Shown here: positions 8,706 to 18,389 of the stretch, piece after piece
Layout of the letters: each line of letters starts with the position of its first letter
Position numbering within the stretch: position 1 is the first letter of the stretch
Assembly (NCBI GenBank): GCA_009691855.1
Contig: SIAI01000007.1
Location: 33,935-97,934, forward strand
Reading direction: 5' to 3'
DNA: 64,000 nt
DNA from: Planctomycetota bacterium
Lineage (GTDB): Bacteria; Planctomycetota; UBA1135; GCA-002686595
Program-made: the position numbers and the translations under genes
The notes under the pieces: generated by a model
Databases searched by the model: none
Told to the model about the DNA's origin: nothing
Seen by the model: only the letters and a program-made list of their open reading frames with translations

Positions 8706-9374
8706 ATGCCCGAACCCACGCCCACCCACGCGCCCCTGCACCCGCAGCAGGAGCGCAGCCGCCAGACGGCCGAGCGCATCACCGCCGCGGCCCTGGCGCT
8801 GCTCGAGCGCAAGAGCTTCGCCGAGCTGTCGGTGGCCGAGATCGCGCGCAAGGCCGGGGTCAGCGTGGGCGGCTTCTACGCGCGCTTCCCCAGCAAGCAG
8901 GCGCTGCTGCAGTACTTCGACGCCACGATCGTCGAGGGCATCCTCGAGCGCGCGGCGCGCGAGCTCGACTCCGAACGTCTGGCCGACGCCGACGCGCGCA
9001 GCGTGGTGACGAGCTACATCCGCCTGGCGGTGACCATGTTTCGCCGCCACCGTCCGGTCTTGCAGCAGGTCGCGCTGCGCTCGCGCACCAGCACGGATCC
9101 CGCCTTCAAGCAGCGCATCCGCGACGCCAACGCCTTCCTGCACGGCCGCTTCCGCGCGCTGCTCGAGGAACGCCGCGCCGAGCTCGGCCATCCCGAACCG
9201 CGCGTGGCCATCGACCTCGGCCTCACCTTCGTCTCGGCCACGATGCGCGAGTACGTGCTGTTCGCCGAGTTCCGCCCCGACTTCGCGCCGCTCTCCGACG
9301 CGCGCCTCGTGCGCGAGCTCAGCGACGCCTTCTGCGCCTACCTGGGCATCGCCAACAAGAGGAACAAGTCATGA
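8706..9374 (+). CDS. TetR/AcrR-family transcriptional regulator
   Basis: N-terminal HTH FAELSVAEIARKAGVSVGGFYARFPSKQALL. The stop overlaps the next ATG (ATGA at 9371-9374). Confidence 0.9.
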   Translation: MPEPTPTHAPLHPQQERSRQTAERITAAALALLERKSFAELSVAEIARKAGVSVGGFYARFPSKQALLQYFDATIVEGILERAARELDSERLADADARSVVTSYIRLAVTMFRRHRPVLQQVALRSRTSTDPAFKQRIRDANAFLHGRFRALLEERRAELGHPEPRVAIDLGLTFVSATMREYVLFAEFRPDFAPLSDARLVRELSDAFCAYLGIANKRNKS

Positions 9375-11086
9375 GTCTCGTCGCCCGTCTGCTGCTGGGC
9401 CTCTCGTTCGTTGCGCTCGGCGCGTTCGCGCGGGGCCAGGACGCCGTCGAGCCGCTGGACGAGGCCAGCGCGGGCGAGCTGCGCGCGGCGCTGGCGCAGG
9501 CGACCCAGCCCGCCGCGCCCGGCGGGATCCTGGCCGTGCTGCGCCGCGGCGAGCCGTGCTTCGTGCAGCCCTTCGGTCTGGCCGAACTCGAGAGGCACGA
9601 GCCGATCACGCGCACGACGATCTTCTACCTCGCCAGCGTGGCCAAGCAGTTCACCGCCGCCTGCGTGTTGCACGCAGCCGCGGCGGGTAAGCTGGCGCTG
9701 GACGAGCCGATCACGAAGCGCGTCTCGGGCTTGCCCGCGAGCTACGGCGCGGTGCGCATCGTGAACCTCGTCGAGCACCGCGGCGGCGTGCCCGACATCT
9801 ACGACCTCGCCATCGGCCTCGACCTCGGGCGCGCGGCGCTGGCCTCGAACGCCAGCGCGCTGGCGTTGCTGCGCAAGCTGCCGCAGCTCGACTTCACCCC
9901 CGGCACGCGCTTCCGCTACTCGAACTCGGGCTACGTGCTGCTGGCCGAGGCGCTGGGCGTGGCCACGCAGAGTTCGCTCGCCGCCTACGCGCGCGCCAAC
10001 CTCTTCGCGCCGCTCGGCATGAAGAGCGCGCACTTCAACGGCGACGCCGAGCTCGCCAAGCTGCCGCGCGCGCGCAGCTACCACCGCGCGGGCGACGCCT
10101 GGGAGGCCCTCGAGATCACGACTGGACTCATCGGCCCCGGCGGGATGTGGGCCAGCCTTGACGACCTCGCGCGCTGGGAGCGCGCCGCCTTCGAGGGCGG
10201 CTTCGGCGACGCAGCGTTGCGCGCGCGTCTGGTGCAGCCGCCCGTGCTCGGCCCGCTCGCCTGGCTGCATCCGACGCTCGGAGCCTACGGTGCCGGCGTG
10301 ATGCTGAACACGGACCGCGGCCTGCCGGTCGTGCGCTCGGCCGGCGAGGCCTTCGGCTTCCAGGCCGAGATCCTGCGCTACCCCGAGCAGGAGCTGTCGA
10401 TCGTGGTGTTCGCCAACGCGGACCTCGAGCTCGACAACCTGGCCGAGGACACGGCGGGGGTCGTGCTGCGCGAGGAGTTCCGCGCGGCGCGCGAAGCCTC
10501 GGCCCGTGACGCCTCGAGCTCAGCGCGCGCCACGCCCGCGGATCTGGCGCGCTTCGGCCGCTTCTGGCGCGAGGAGGACTCGGGCGTCCTGTGGGTGCTC
10601 TCCTTGAAGCCGGAGCGCATGCTCGTGACCTCGCTGGGCGACTGGAAGTTCGAGCTCGCCTACGCCGGCCCCGCGCGCCTCGTGAGCCGAGACACACGTG
10701 CTCCCGCCGAGTTCGTGTTCGAGCCCGCCAGCGGTCCCGCCACGCGCATGCTCGTGCGCTCGGGCGGCGTCGAGGTCGCGCGCTGTCGCCCGCACCCGTT
10801 CCCGCCGGCGCAGCGCGCCGAGCTCGACGAGCTCGCCGGCGAGTACACGCTGACCGCGCTCGGCGTCACGATCCGCCTCCAGGCCGTGCAGGGTGGCCTG
10901 CAGCTCGCGCAGCCGCACGCGCTCGGCCCGAACTACGTGCTGCCTCCGTTCCAGGCGCTGGGCGAGGACTTCTTCGCCTGCGACGCCGGCGCGTGCCTGC
11001 AGTTCCACCGCGACGCGGCGGGCGAGCTCACGGGCCTGCGGATGGACGTGAACCGTGCCTCGGCGCTGGAACTCGTGCGCCGCTGA
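9371..11086 (+). CDS. secreted beta-lactamase-fold serine hydrolase with C-terminal extension
   Basis: Signal MSLVARLLLGLSFVALGAFARG. S-x-x-K motif LASVAKQF and Y-x-N motif YSNSGY. The ~200-aa C-terminal domain has no recognised family. Confidence 0.85.
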   Translation: MSLVARLLLGLSFVALGAFARGQDAVEPLDEASAGELRAALAQATQPAAPGGILAVLRRGEPCFVQPFGLAELERHEPITRTTIFYLASVAKQFTAACVLHAAAAGKLALDEPITKRVSGLPASYGAVRIVNLVEHRGGVPDIYDLAIGLDLGRAALASNASALALLRKLPQLDFTPGTRFRYSNSGYVLLAEALGVATQSSLAAYARANLFAPLGMKSAHFNGDAELAKLPRARSYHRAGDAWEALEITTGLIGPGGMWASLDDLARWERAAFEGGFGDAALRARLVQPPVLGPLAWLHPTLGAYGAGVMLNTDRGLPVVRSAGEAFGFQAEILRYPEQELSIVVFANADLELDNLAEDTAGVVLREEFRAAREASARDASSSARATPADLARFGRFWREEDSGVLWVLSLKPERMLVTSLGDWKFELAYAGPARLVSRDTRAPAEFVFEPASGPATRMLVRSGGVEVARCRPHPFPPAQRAELDELAGEYTLTALGVTIRLQAVQGGLQLAQPHALGPNYVLPPFQALGEDFFACDAGACLQFHRDAAGELTGLRMDVNRASALELVRR

Positions 11087-14000
11087 GCTCGATGCGCTGT
11101 GCCCGCTCCGCCAGCGCGCACAGGCCGTTGGCCAGGCGCATCTGTTCCGGCGTGCGGCACTCGGGCTCGAACAGCGCCGGCGAGGCGACGACGATGCACG
11201 CGCCGCGCGCGCGGCTGGTGGCAACGTTCAGGCGGTGCGGGTCGTAGAGGAACGGCAGACCGCGCGGCGCGTCGAGCGGGGTCGAGCTGGTGAGCGAGTA
11301 GAGCACCACCGGACGCTCCTGACCCTGGAACAGGTCCACGGTGCCGATGTGCAGGCCCTTCAGCGCGGTCGAGCGCGACAGCGCGGCGACCTGGGCGTTA
11401 TAGGGCGCGATGACGAGCAGATCGTCGCGCGTGAGCGCGCGCACTACGCCCTTCGCGTCGGTCCAGGTCACGCCGGGCTGCAGCAGGTCGGCCACGACGC
11501 GCTCGAGCATCGCCACTTCTTCGCTGGAGGAACTCTGGTTGCCGGCGTGCTCGACCTCGACCAGGAACAGACCGGAGCCGGCGAAGCGCGTCGGGCCGTC
11601 GAGGCGCTGGAGCTCGCAGCCGGCGTGCGCGCGCAGCCGCCCTTCGTAGTACAGCGTCGAGGTGAACGCGCACAGCGCCGGCGGAAGACGCCAGGTCTCG
11701 GCCAGGAACAGACCGCGCTCGGGGCGGATCGTGGGTTCGCCGCCGAGCAGATGAGCGAGCGCGGAGACGTCCGCGCCCTCGGGATGCGCGCCGCGCTGCG
11801 GTTGCTGGAGCTGCTGCGGATCGCCGAGCAAGACGAGGTTCTTCGCCGCGCGCGCGCAGGCCAGGACCTGTGCCAACGACATCTGCCCGGCCTCGTCGAT
11901 GAACAGGGTGTCGAGTTTCGCCTGCGCCGCCTCGGCGGCCCACAGCCAGGCGACGCCGCCGACGACGTGACCGCGGTCGAGCGCGGCGAGGGCCTCGTCC
12001 TTGTCCTCGCTCTCGAAGAGGCCCGGCGGCAGCGCCGCGACGGACAGCGCCTTGGGCTTGTGCGTGCAGGCGAGCTCGGCGCCGAGCTCGCGCGCTGCCG
12101 CGAGGCTCTCCAGCAGCAGCGTGCGCACGACCTTGTGCGAGACGGCGCTCACACCCACGCGCTGGCCCGCGCGCGCGAGCTCGACGACGAGGCGCGCGCC
12201 GCAGTAGGTCTTGCCCGCGCCCGGCGGGCCCTGGACGGCCAGCACGCCACCGTCGAGCGCGCGCGCGACGCGCCGCGCGGCCGCCAGGGGCTCCTCGCCT
12301 GGACGCTGCACGTCGCCGGTGTGCACCGGTCGCGTGCGCGGCCCTCGCGCCAGCAGGAGCTCACGGGCCGCGCGATGCTCGGGCCGCGCCGAATCGAGTC
12401 CGTGCTCGGCCACCCAGCGCCCGAGCTCCGCCACCGCGCCCGGCAACGGGCCGGGCGGCACGCGCTCCTGGACGTGCACGGCCCACGGATGGCGGTCCTT
12501 GGCCTTGAGTACCTTCTCGACGTCGACGAGGCCCTGACCAAGGTCGATGGCGTGCACCGTGCCGAGAGCGTCGGCGCCGTCCGCCGTCGGCGCGTGCACG
12601 TCGCGCAGCTCGTCACCGACGTCGAGCGCGACCTCCTGCGGCGGGAAGCGATAGCGGTGCAGCGGCTTGCGCTTGCCCTTCGCGAGCGGGAGCGCGCTGA
12701 CGAATTCGAGGCCCACGAGCGCCTTGCGCTCGCGGCGCAGCTCCTCGTCGTCGAGCTCGCGGCGCGCGAAGAACTCCCACCACGTGACGCGATCCTCGCG
12801 CTGGAAGTACTCGAGCAGATGCGCCAGCAGCCAGCGCGCGCGCTGCTCGTCCGTGCGTGCCTCGGCCTCGAGCGGGATGCCGGCGACGAGGCGCTCGAAC
12901 AGCGCCTTCAGCTCGGCGTCGCGCTCCTCGCGCTCTTCCGAGACCGCACCGTCCTTCAGCGGCGGGCGCTCGAGCGTGGCGCCGTCGGCTTCGAGTTCCG
13001 CACGCAGCTCCTCGAGCCAGCGCTGCAGCGCGATCAAGGACAGACAGTCGTCCTGGTTGTAGCCCTGCACCGCTTCGCGGTCGGCCGGCTCGATCAGGTG
13101 CCCGATGCCGTTCTCCAGCGCGGCGGAGACGCGCTCCAGCGCCGGGCGCGCCTCGTCGCGTAGATCGACCGCGCGCCGGTAGCCGAAGTGCGCCTCCAGC
13201 GGTTTGAGCGAGTAGCTTTCGACGCTCGCGCGCACGCCCTGACGCACGACGGCGTACAGATCGACGAAGCGCTCGGCGCGCAGCAACACATCGAGCTCGC
13301 GCTCGCGCGTCGCGTGCCGGCTGGCCAGACGCTTCAGCGCGGAGGGCTCGTAGGGCGCGTAGTGGTAGACGTGGAAGGCGGGGAAGCGCCGGACGCGCGC
13401 GCTCAGGAGATCGACGAAGCTCTCGAAGGCGCGCTTCTCGGCGTTGCGTTCGAGGGCCCACAGCGCTTCGTAGTGCGCCGCGCCGCCTTCGTCGCACCAC
13501 GCGTAGCCCAGCAGGTACTCGAGTCCGCCCGCGCCCGGCGCGCCCGCGAAGGGATCGCCCTCGAAGTCGAGGAACACGTCGCCCGCGTCGGGCTCGGGCA
13601 GGCGCGCGAGGCCGCGGCCGGGCTCGGGCGGCAGGAGCTCGTGCCGGGGCTGCTTCTCTTCACGCTCCTGGAGTTGCAGCCGCGCCTGGGCGTGCAATGC
13701 GTCGAAGGACTCGCGCTGACCGCGCAGCGGAGCCTCGTCCAGGGCCTGCGGCGCGCGCGCGAGCGCGGTGAGCGACGGGCGCTCCTGACGGCGCAGCTCG
13801 TCCGCCTGCGCGCGGCGCATGCCGGCGACCAGCGACAGGTGGTCGTCGGCGCGACGGCGCGTGTCGCAGCGCTGCCACCAGCGGCAGATCTCGCAGTGCT
13901 CGACGGGCTCCGGGTAGGGCTCGGTCTCGGCGCCGGCCACGAACGCGGCCAGGCGAGCCTTGATCTGGCGGTAATAGGCCGCGAAGGCGTCGAAGCGGAA

Positions 14001-14534
14001 CTCCTCGCCAGGGAAGCCGGCGCCGGGCTTGACCACGCGCAGCGTCGTGGCCGGTGAGCCCTGCAGCGTCGCGAGGAGGTCCGCGTACAGACACAACTGC
14101 AGCACCGTGCCGCCGCGCGTCTCCTGGGCGAGCTTGGTGTCCTGCACCTCGTACGACCAGGCGAGATCGCGACTCGGCGTGTTCGTGCGCACGAGCACGT
14201 CGGCCGAGCCCAGCCAGCGCCCATCTCGTAGCGCCGCCTGCACGATGACCTCGACGCCAGCTTGCACGGCTGCGCGCGTGCGCCGTTCGGCCTCGGGACG
14301 CGCGAGGCCGTTGAGCTCGAGCACCTCACGCTCCTGCGAGCGCAGCCAGGCGACGTAGGCGCGCTCGTGCTCCTCTCCGCGCTGCTTCAGCCGCTCGAGC
14401 GCCGGATCCTTCCAGCCGGGCTTGGCAAGCTCGCCGCGGGCCACCCGCCGATCCAGGAACGAGAGGTGCGCGCAGGCGAGGTGGTTGGCCAGGTCCGAGG
14501 CGGATAGCTCGAGCTCGCCGTTCTGGAGCCGCAC
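11028..14534 (-). CDS. RecB/Cas4-like Fe-S nuclease + RNase H-like domain + Upf1/DNA2-like SF1 helicase (TM0106-type)
   Basis: 1168 aa with GTG start at 14534. N-terminal Cys (LACAHL) plus EHCEICRWWQRC (C-x2-C-x5-C) as in Cas4/AddB nucleases. FLDFEGDPF exonuclease-like motif. Helicase Walker A GPPGAGKTY, motif II FIDEAGQ, and later LGDPQQLQQP, DLFQGQERPVV, NVATSRAR. Confidence 0.9.
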   Translation of the reverse strand: MRLQNGELELSASDLANHLACAHLSFLDRRVARGELAKPGWKDPALERLKQRGEEHERAYVAWLRSQEREVLELNGLARPEAERRTRAAVQAGVEVIVQAALRDGRWLGSADVLVRTNTPSRDLAWSYEVQDTKLAQETRGGTVLQLCLYADLLATLQGSPATTLRVVKPGAGFPGEEFRFDAFAAYYRQIKARLAAFVAGAETEPYPEPVEHCEICRWWQRCDTRRRADDHLSLVAGMRRAQADELRRQERPSLTALARAPQALDEAPLRGQRESFDALHAQARLQLQEREEKQPRHELLPPEPGRGLARLPEPDAGDVFLDFEGDPFAGAPGAGGLEYLLGYAWCDEGGAAHYEALWALERNAEKRAFESFVDLLSARVRRFPAFHVYHYAPYEPSALKRLASRHATRERELDVLLRAERFVDLYAVVRQGVRASVESYSLKPLEAHFGYRRAVDLRDEARPALERVSAALENGIGHLIEPADREAVQGYNQDDCLSLIALQRWLEELRAELEADGATLERPPLKDGAVSEEREERDAELKALFERLVAGIPLEAEARTDEQRARWLLAHLLEYFQREDRVTWWEFFARRELDDEELRRERKALVGLEFVSALPLAKGKRKPLHRYRFPPQEVALDVGDELRDVHAPTADGADALGTVHAIDLGQGLVDVEKVLKAKDRHPWAVHVQERVPPGPLPGAVAELGRWVAEHGLDSARPEHRAARELLLARGPRTRPVHTGDVQRPGEEPLAAARRVARALDGGVLAVQGPPGAGKTYCGARLVVELARAGQRVGVSAVSHKVVRTLLLESLAAARELGAELACTHKPKALSVAALPPGLFESEDKDEALAALDRGHVVGGVAWLWAAEAAQAKLDTLFIDEAGQMSLAQVLACARAAKNLVLLGDPQQLQQPQRGAHPEGADVSALAHLLGGEPTIRPERGLFLAETWRLPPALCAFTSTLYYEGRLRAHAGCELQRLDGPTRFAGSGLFLVEVEHAGNQSSSSEEVAMLERVVADLLQPGVTWTDAKGVVRALTRDDLLVIAPYNAQVAALSRSTALKGLHIGTVDLFQGQERPVVLYSLTSSTPLDAPRGLPFLYDPHRLNVATSRARGACIVVASPALFEPECRTPEQMRLANGLCALAERAQRIELSGARVPAPRHGSRPSAGP

Positions 14535-14537
14535 GCC

Positions 14538-14957
14538 CTAGAGCGCCCGCCCGCAGCCCTGACAGAAGCGCGCATCGGCCTCGTTGCGACGCTTGCAGTG
14601 CGCGCATTCGAGCATCACGACCTGCTTCGCCTGGCGCGCCAGGCCGGCCTCGTCGAGCGCGTCCTTGGCGAGGCCCCCGGCCATGCGCGCGTAGGGTTCG
14701 AGATCCTCGCGGGCTCGCTCGGGATCGAGCACCACGCCCGAACCCGCCAGCCCGCGCGCGCCGACGCGGCTCAGGACCTTCCCCCCGATCACCAGAGCAA
14801 TGCCGAGGAGCGGGCGCAGAAAGGGCGAGTCAGGACCGTTCGTGAACGGCTCGCGAGTTCGGAAGACGCTCAACACGAAGATCAGGAGGCCGAGCGCGAT
14901 CAGCGCGATGCCGCCGTAGTGGGCCGCCTTCCGCTCTGCTGAGACCGTGCGCACCAT
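14538..14957 (-). CDS. membrane protein with C-terminal zinc-ribbon
   Basis: Two hydrophobic helices (GGIALIALGLLIFVLSV, LLGIALVIGGKVL) and a C-terminal CAHCKRRNEADARFCQGCG (CxxC...CxxC). Its TAG stop is 3 nt before the GTG of the nuclease-helicase. Confidence 0.7.
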   Translation of the reverse strand: MVRTVSAERKAAHYGGIALIALGLLIFVLSVFRTREPFTNGPDSPFLRPLLGIALVIGGKVLSRVGARGLAGSGVVLDPERAREDLEPYARMAGGLAKDALDEAGLARQAKQVVMLECAHCKRRNEADARFCQGCGRAL

Positions 14958-15005
14958 GGGACTCCTCCGCGTCCCACTCTATCCGCGCGCAGCGCGGCGA
15001 CGGCG

Positions 15006-15656
15006 TTACTTCCCGTAGCGCAGCTCGACCACCGAGGGCTTCACCGGCGCGTCGTTGGGCGGCAGGTACAGCACGAACAGCCGGTCGTATTCGTCGTCGC
15101 CGAGCTGCGGACCCTGGGGCGTCTCGTTGAGGCCGGAGAGCGCGACGCCCAGGCGCGCGGCGAGGGCCGGCAGCGTGTTCGAGTGGCCGGAGACGACGAT
15201 CACGCTGCCCGGTTCGGCGCTGACGAGCTCGGTGGCTAGGGCCTCGAGCTCGGCCGCGGGGCGCACGTCCACGCCGAGCTTCAGCCGTTCGGAGAGCGGC
15301 GCGAGCGTGGCCTGCGTGCGCTGGTATTCGCTGGCGACCAGGCGCGTCGCGCCGCAGCGTGCCAGCGTGCGCGCGAGCTCCTCGGCGCGTTCCTTGCCCG
15401 CGGCGGAGAGCTCCGGGTCCTTGGGGTCGCCCTCGGTGCTCTTCTCCGCGTGCCGCACCAGGATCACCATGCGCGGCGCGAGGCGCATCTGCGCCGTGCC
15501 GCGCGCGTCGTGCCCACGCGCCAGCGCCAGCGGCAGCGCGGCGAACAGGGCGACGGGGAAGAACAGGACCAGGCGGCGGGGGAGGCTCATGCGCTCCATG
15601 GAACGGACCCGGCCTCCGTGCCGCAAGCCTCGCGCGCGCCGACGGGTGTTTTCCAT
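15006..15656 (-). CDS. exported histidine-phosphatase-family protein (SixA/PGAM-like)
   Basis: Signal SLPRRLVLFFPVALFAALPLALARG. Catalytic LVRHAEK (RH motif) and VVSGHSNTL. Confidence 0.8.
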   Translation of the reverse strand: MENTRRRARGLRHGGRVRSMERMSLPRRLVLFFPVALFAALPLALARGHDARGTAQMRLAPRMVILVRHAEKSTEGDPKDPELSAAGKERAEELARTLARCGATRLVASEYQRTQATLAPLSERLKLGVDVRPAAELEALATELVSAEPGSVIVVSGHSNTLPALAARLGVALSGLNETPQGPQLGDDEYDRLFVLYLPPNDAPVKPSVVELRYGK

Positions 15657-15714
15657 CCTCCAAGCGCGGAACGGCGGCCGGATTCGGGTCCCGCGCGGCG
15701 CGGTGCGCGTCGGG

Positions 15715-16584
15715 TCAGGCCACGCGCTGTGGCCGGGCGGAGCCGCGCTCGATTTCCCGCACCAGCTCGTGAGCGGCCGTCAGCGACGCGTTGCGCTCGT
15801 GCCGCACGAGCTCGATCGCGGCGAAGCGTTCGCCGCGCGCCAGGAAATCGCGCACGCGCTGCTCGAGCCCACGCCCATCCGGGAGGTCGAGGTCCACCTC
15901 GCGCGGCTCCTCCAGGCGCACTTGCTTGCCGAGCTCGCGCAGCAGCGCGCGCGACACGCGCTCGACGCGTACCAGCCCCTCGGCGGAGACGAGCACGGGC
16001 ACGTGGTTGCTGCGCGTGCGCCCGCGGATGCCCAGGCAGCGTCTCTCCGGGCCCTGGCGCGTGCGCTCGCGCTGGACGAGCTCGGCGAGTTCGCGCGTGT
16101 CGATGTCCAGCAAGCGCAGCTCGAGCCAGCCGAAGTTGTGCGTCGAGCGCTCGCCAGCGCGGCCGCGCTCGTAGGACTCGCGCACGGCGCGAACCGAGTC
16201 GATCTCGGCGTAGCGCAGGAACGCGACCGTCGGCGCGTCGTCGGGGAAGTGGCGGTTCTGGTACGAGCGCAGGTTCAGGTACAGGCCCTCGTCGGTGGTC
16301 TTCACGATCCAGTTCGTGGCGCGGAACGAGCTGCGCAAGGCGCCGGCGAGGGCGCAGAGACACAGCAGCCAGCTCCCGCCCACGATCAGCGCCACGGGCG
16401 CCACGGCCAGCCACACGTACCACGGCAACTCGCCCGCGATCGTCAGGAGGCGCGCGTGGTTCACGAGCGCCAGCGCCAGCGGCGCGGACAGGCTCGCCAG
16501 CAACACCAGGAGTCCGAACCACCCGTGGCGGAAGGTGCGCGTGACGCGTTCTCTTGTGACGTCGGCCGGGTGCAGGAGCTGCAT
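15715..16584 (-). CDS. membrane protein, bPH-like middle region and L7/L12-C-like tail
   Basis: ATG 16584 (MQLLHP...). TM helices WFGLLVLLASLSAPLALALV and VWLAVAPVALIVGGSWLLCLCALAG. The C-terminal RDFLARGERFAAIELVRHERNASLTAAHELVREIE resembles the L7/L12 C-terminal-like module. Confidence 0.55.
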   Translation of the reverse strand: MQLLHPADVTRERVTRTFRHGWFGLLVLLASLSAPLALALVNHARLLTIAGELPWYVWLAVAPVALIVGGSWLLCLCALAGALRSSFRATNWIVKTTDEGLYLNLRSYQNRHFPDDAPTVAFLRYAEIDSVRAVRESYERGRAGERSTHNFGWLELRLLDIDTRELAELVQRERTRQGPERRCLGIRGRTRSNHVPVLVSAEGLVRVERVSRALLRELGKQVRLEEPREVDLDLPDGRGLEQRVRDFLARGERFAAIELVRHERNASLTAAHELVREIERGSARPQRVA

Positions 16585-16663
16585 GGTCCTTGGTTCGTCC
16601 ACGCGGGCACCCACGCTGAACCCCGGGCCCGAGTTGACGCCGCGCGAGGCTATCCTTGGGTCC

Positions 16664-17299
16664 GTGGAGGACCCGCTCGTCGATGAACTGCTCTCCGACC
16701 TCGCCCCGCTGGGCGAGCTCCTCGCGCGGCGCATGTTCGGCGGCGTGGGCCTGTACTGCGACGGTGTCTTCTTCGGCTTGCTGGCCGAGGGCGCGCTGTA
16801 CTTCAAGGTCGACGAGGCGAACGTCGGCGCCTATCGCGCGGCGGGCATGGAGCCCTTCCGTCCGTACCCCGGGCAGGCGCCGAGCGTGCTGGGCTACTAC
16901 GAGGTGCCGCTCGAGGTGCAGGAACGGCGCGAGCGCTTGCTCGCGTGGGCCGAGGGCGCGCTGGCGGCGGCACGACGCCGTGATGCGGCGAAGACGAAGA
17001 CGAAGCGACCCGCGAAGAAGGGCGCGAAGCGCGTGGCGCGTGCCGTACCCCTCGAGAAGCTGCTCAACCTCGGTCCGCAGAGCGCCGCCTGGCTGCGCGA
17101 GGCGGGCATCACGACTGCGGCCGAGCTCGAGCGCCTCGGCGCAGTCGAAACCTACCGCCGCGTCCTGGCCACGGGCGTCGCGCCGACGCTCAACCTCCTG
17201 TATGCCCTCGAGGGCGCGCGCCTCGGCCTGCGCCACGATCGGCTGAGCGCGGAGGTGAAGGAGAACCTGCGCGCACGCCTGGGGCGCAAGTCGCGCTGA
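16664..17299 (+). CDS. TfoX/Sxy-family protein (N- and C-terminal TfoX domains)
   Basis: LARRMFGGVGLYCDGVFFGLLAEGALYFKVD (TfoX_N) and LLNLGPQSAAWLREAGITTAAELERLGAVETY (TfoX_C HhH). The start is uncertain: GTG 16664, TTG 16634 or ATG 16583. Confidence 0.75.
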   Translation: MEDPLVDELLSDLAPLGELLARRMFGGVGLYCDGVFFGLLAEGALYFKVDEANVGAYRAAGMEPFRPYPGQAPSVLGYYEVPLEVQERRERLLAWAEGALAAARRRDAAKTKTKRPAKKGAKRVARAVPLEKLLNLGPQSAAWLREAGITTAAELERLGAVETYRRVLATGVAPTLNLLYALEGARLGLRHDRLSAEVKENLRARLGRKSR

Positions 17300-17306
17300 G
17301 CCGGCC

Positions 17307-18236
17307 CTACAGCCCGAGCTGCTTGCGCAGTGACTCTTGGCCTTCGCCGTGGAGCTCCCAGTACTTCATGCGCTGGCTGCCCGTGAGCTGCGCCGAATCG
17401 AGCAGCTCGGCGCCGCGCGACCAGGACCAGGAGAGCAGCCGGTGGGGGTAGGCGCTCTCGATCGCCACCGAACCGGTGCGACCGTCCGAGGCCTCCAGGC
17501 GGTAGAACACGGCCGCGAACGCGCCCGCCGGGACCGTCACGTTCTGCGGCGCGGCCTCGCGCGTGACCTCGAGCTCGCCCCAGCTCGCCTCGCCGTGGCG
17601 CAGGCGGCGTTCGAAGGTGTCGGTGAGATACGGCAGCCTGCGCGTCTCGCCCGGCGCGAGCACATGACCGCGCAGGCCGCGCAGCCAGACGAAGAGCTGG
17701 TCGCCGAACAGCGCATCGGGCTTGGCGTCGAGCTTCTCCTGCACGGTCTCGCCCTGAAAATAGCTGTGCACGTCGAGGGCCACACCCTGCGGGCGCACGT
17801 CCAGCTCCTCGTAGACGTGGCCGCACCACTCGGCGCTCGAGAAGGTGAGCTTCAATGGCGCGAGCTCGTTCACCCCCACGAACACCGAGCTCATCGTGTT
17901 GTAGTCGTAGAGCCCCGTCTGGAAGTCGCGCACGAGGTTGAGCTTGAGCACGGTCAGGACCTCGCCCTTGTACTCGGCCGGACGATCGACCTTGACGTGC
18001 TCCTTCGCGCCCATGGACTCGGTGACGAAGATCGCCACGGCCTCGCCCGTGCGCAGCTCGCCGTAGCGCGTGCCCTGCCAGCGGTAGCCGTTCATCTCGG
18101 CCTGGCCGTCGTACCACAGCGCCTCGAACTCGCCGCCCACCAGCGGCTCGGCGGGCTTGGCCGTTCCCTGCGGCGCGGGCGAGCAAGAGCAGGCGAGGAG
18201 CAAAGGCAAGAGCTGGGCGAGCGAGTGAGCGAGCAT
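17307..18236 (-). CDS. hypothetical lipoprotein
   Basis: ATG 18236 gives MLAHSLAQLLPLLLACSC (lipobox). 309 aa with good GC3 and no family recognised. Confidence 0.6.
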   Translation of the reverse strand: MLAHSLAQLLPLLLACSCSPAPQGTAKPAEPLVGGEFEALWYDGQAEMNGYRWQGTRYGELRTGEAVAIFVTESMGAKEHVKVDRPAEYKGEVLTVLKLNLVRDFQTGLYDYNTMSSVFVGVNELAPLKLTFSSAEWCGHVYEELDVRPQGVALDVHSYFQGETVQEKLDAKPDALFGDQLFVWLRGLRGHVLAPGETRRLPYLTDTFERRLRHGEASWGELEVTREAAPQNVTVPAGAFAAVFYRLEASDGRTGSVAIESAYPHRLLSWSWSRGAELLDSAQLTGSQRMKYWELHGEGQESLRKQLGL

Positions 18237-18389
18237 GGGCGCAGGATACCCATGGAGCTCGAAGCTCGCGCGGAGAGAGGCGCGCGCGTTCGAACTCGTG
18301 CGCAGGTCACTCAGGCACGCGCCGCGCGTGCGTCGGGAGCGTACCCTGTTCGCCCACCGCACCTCCGCTTTTCGCCCCACGCACGCCCG

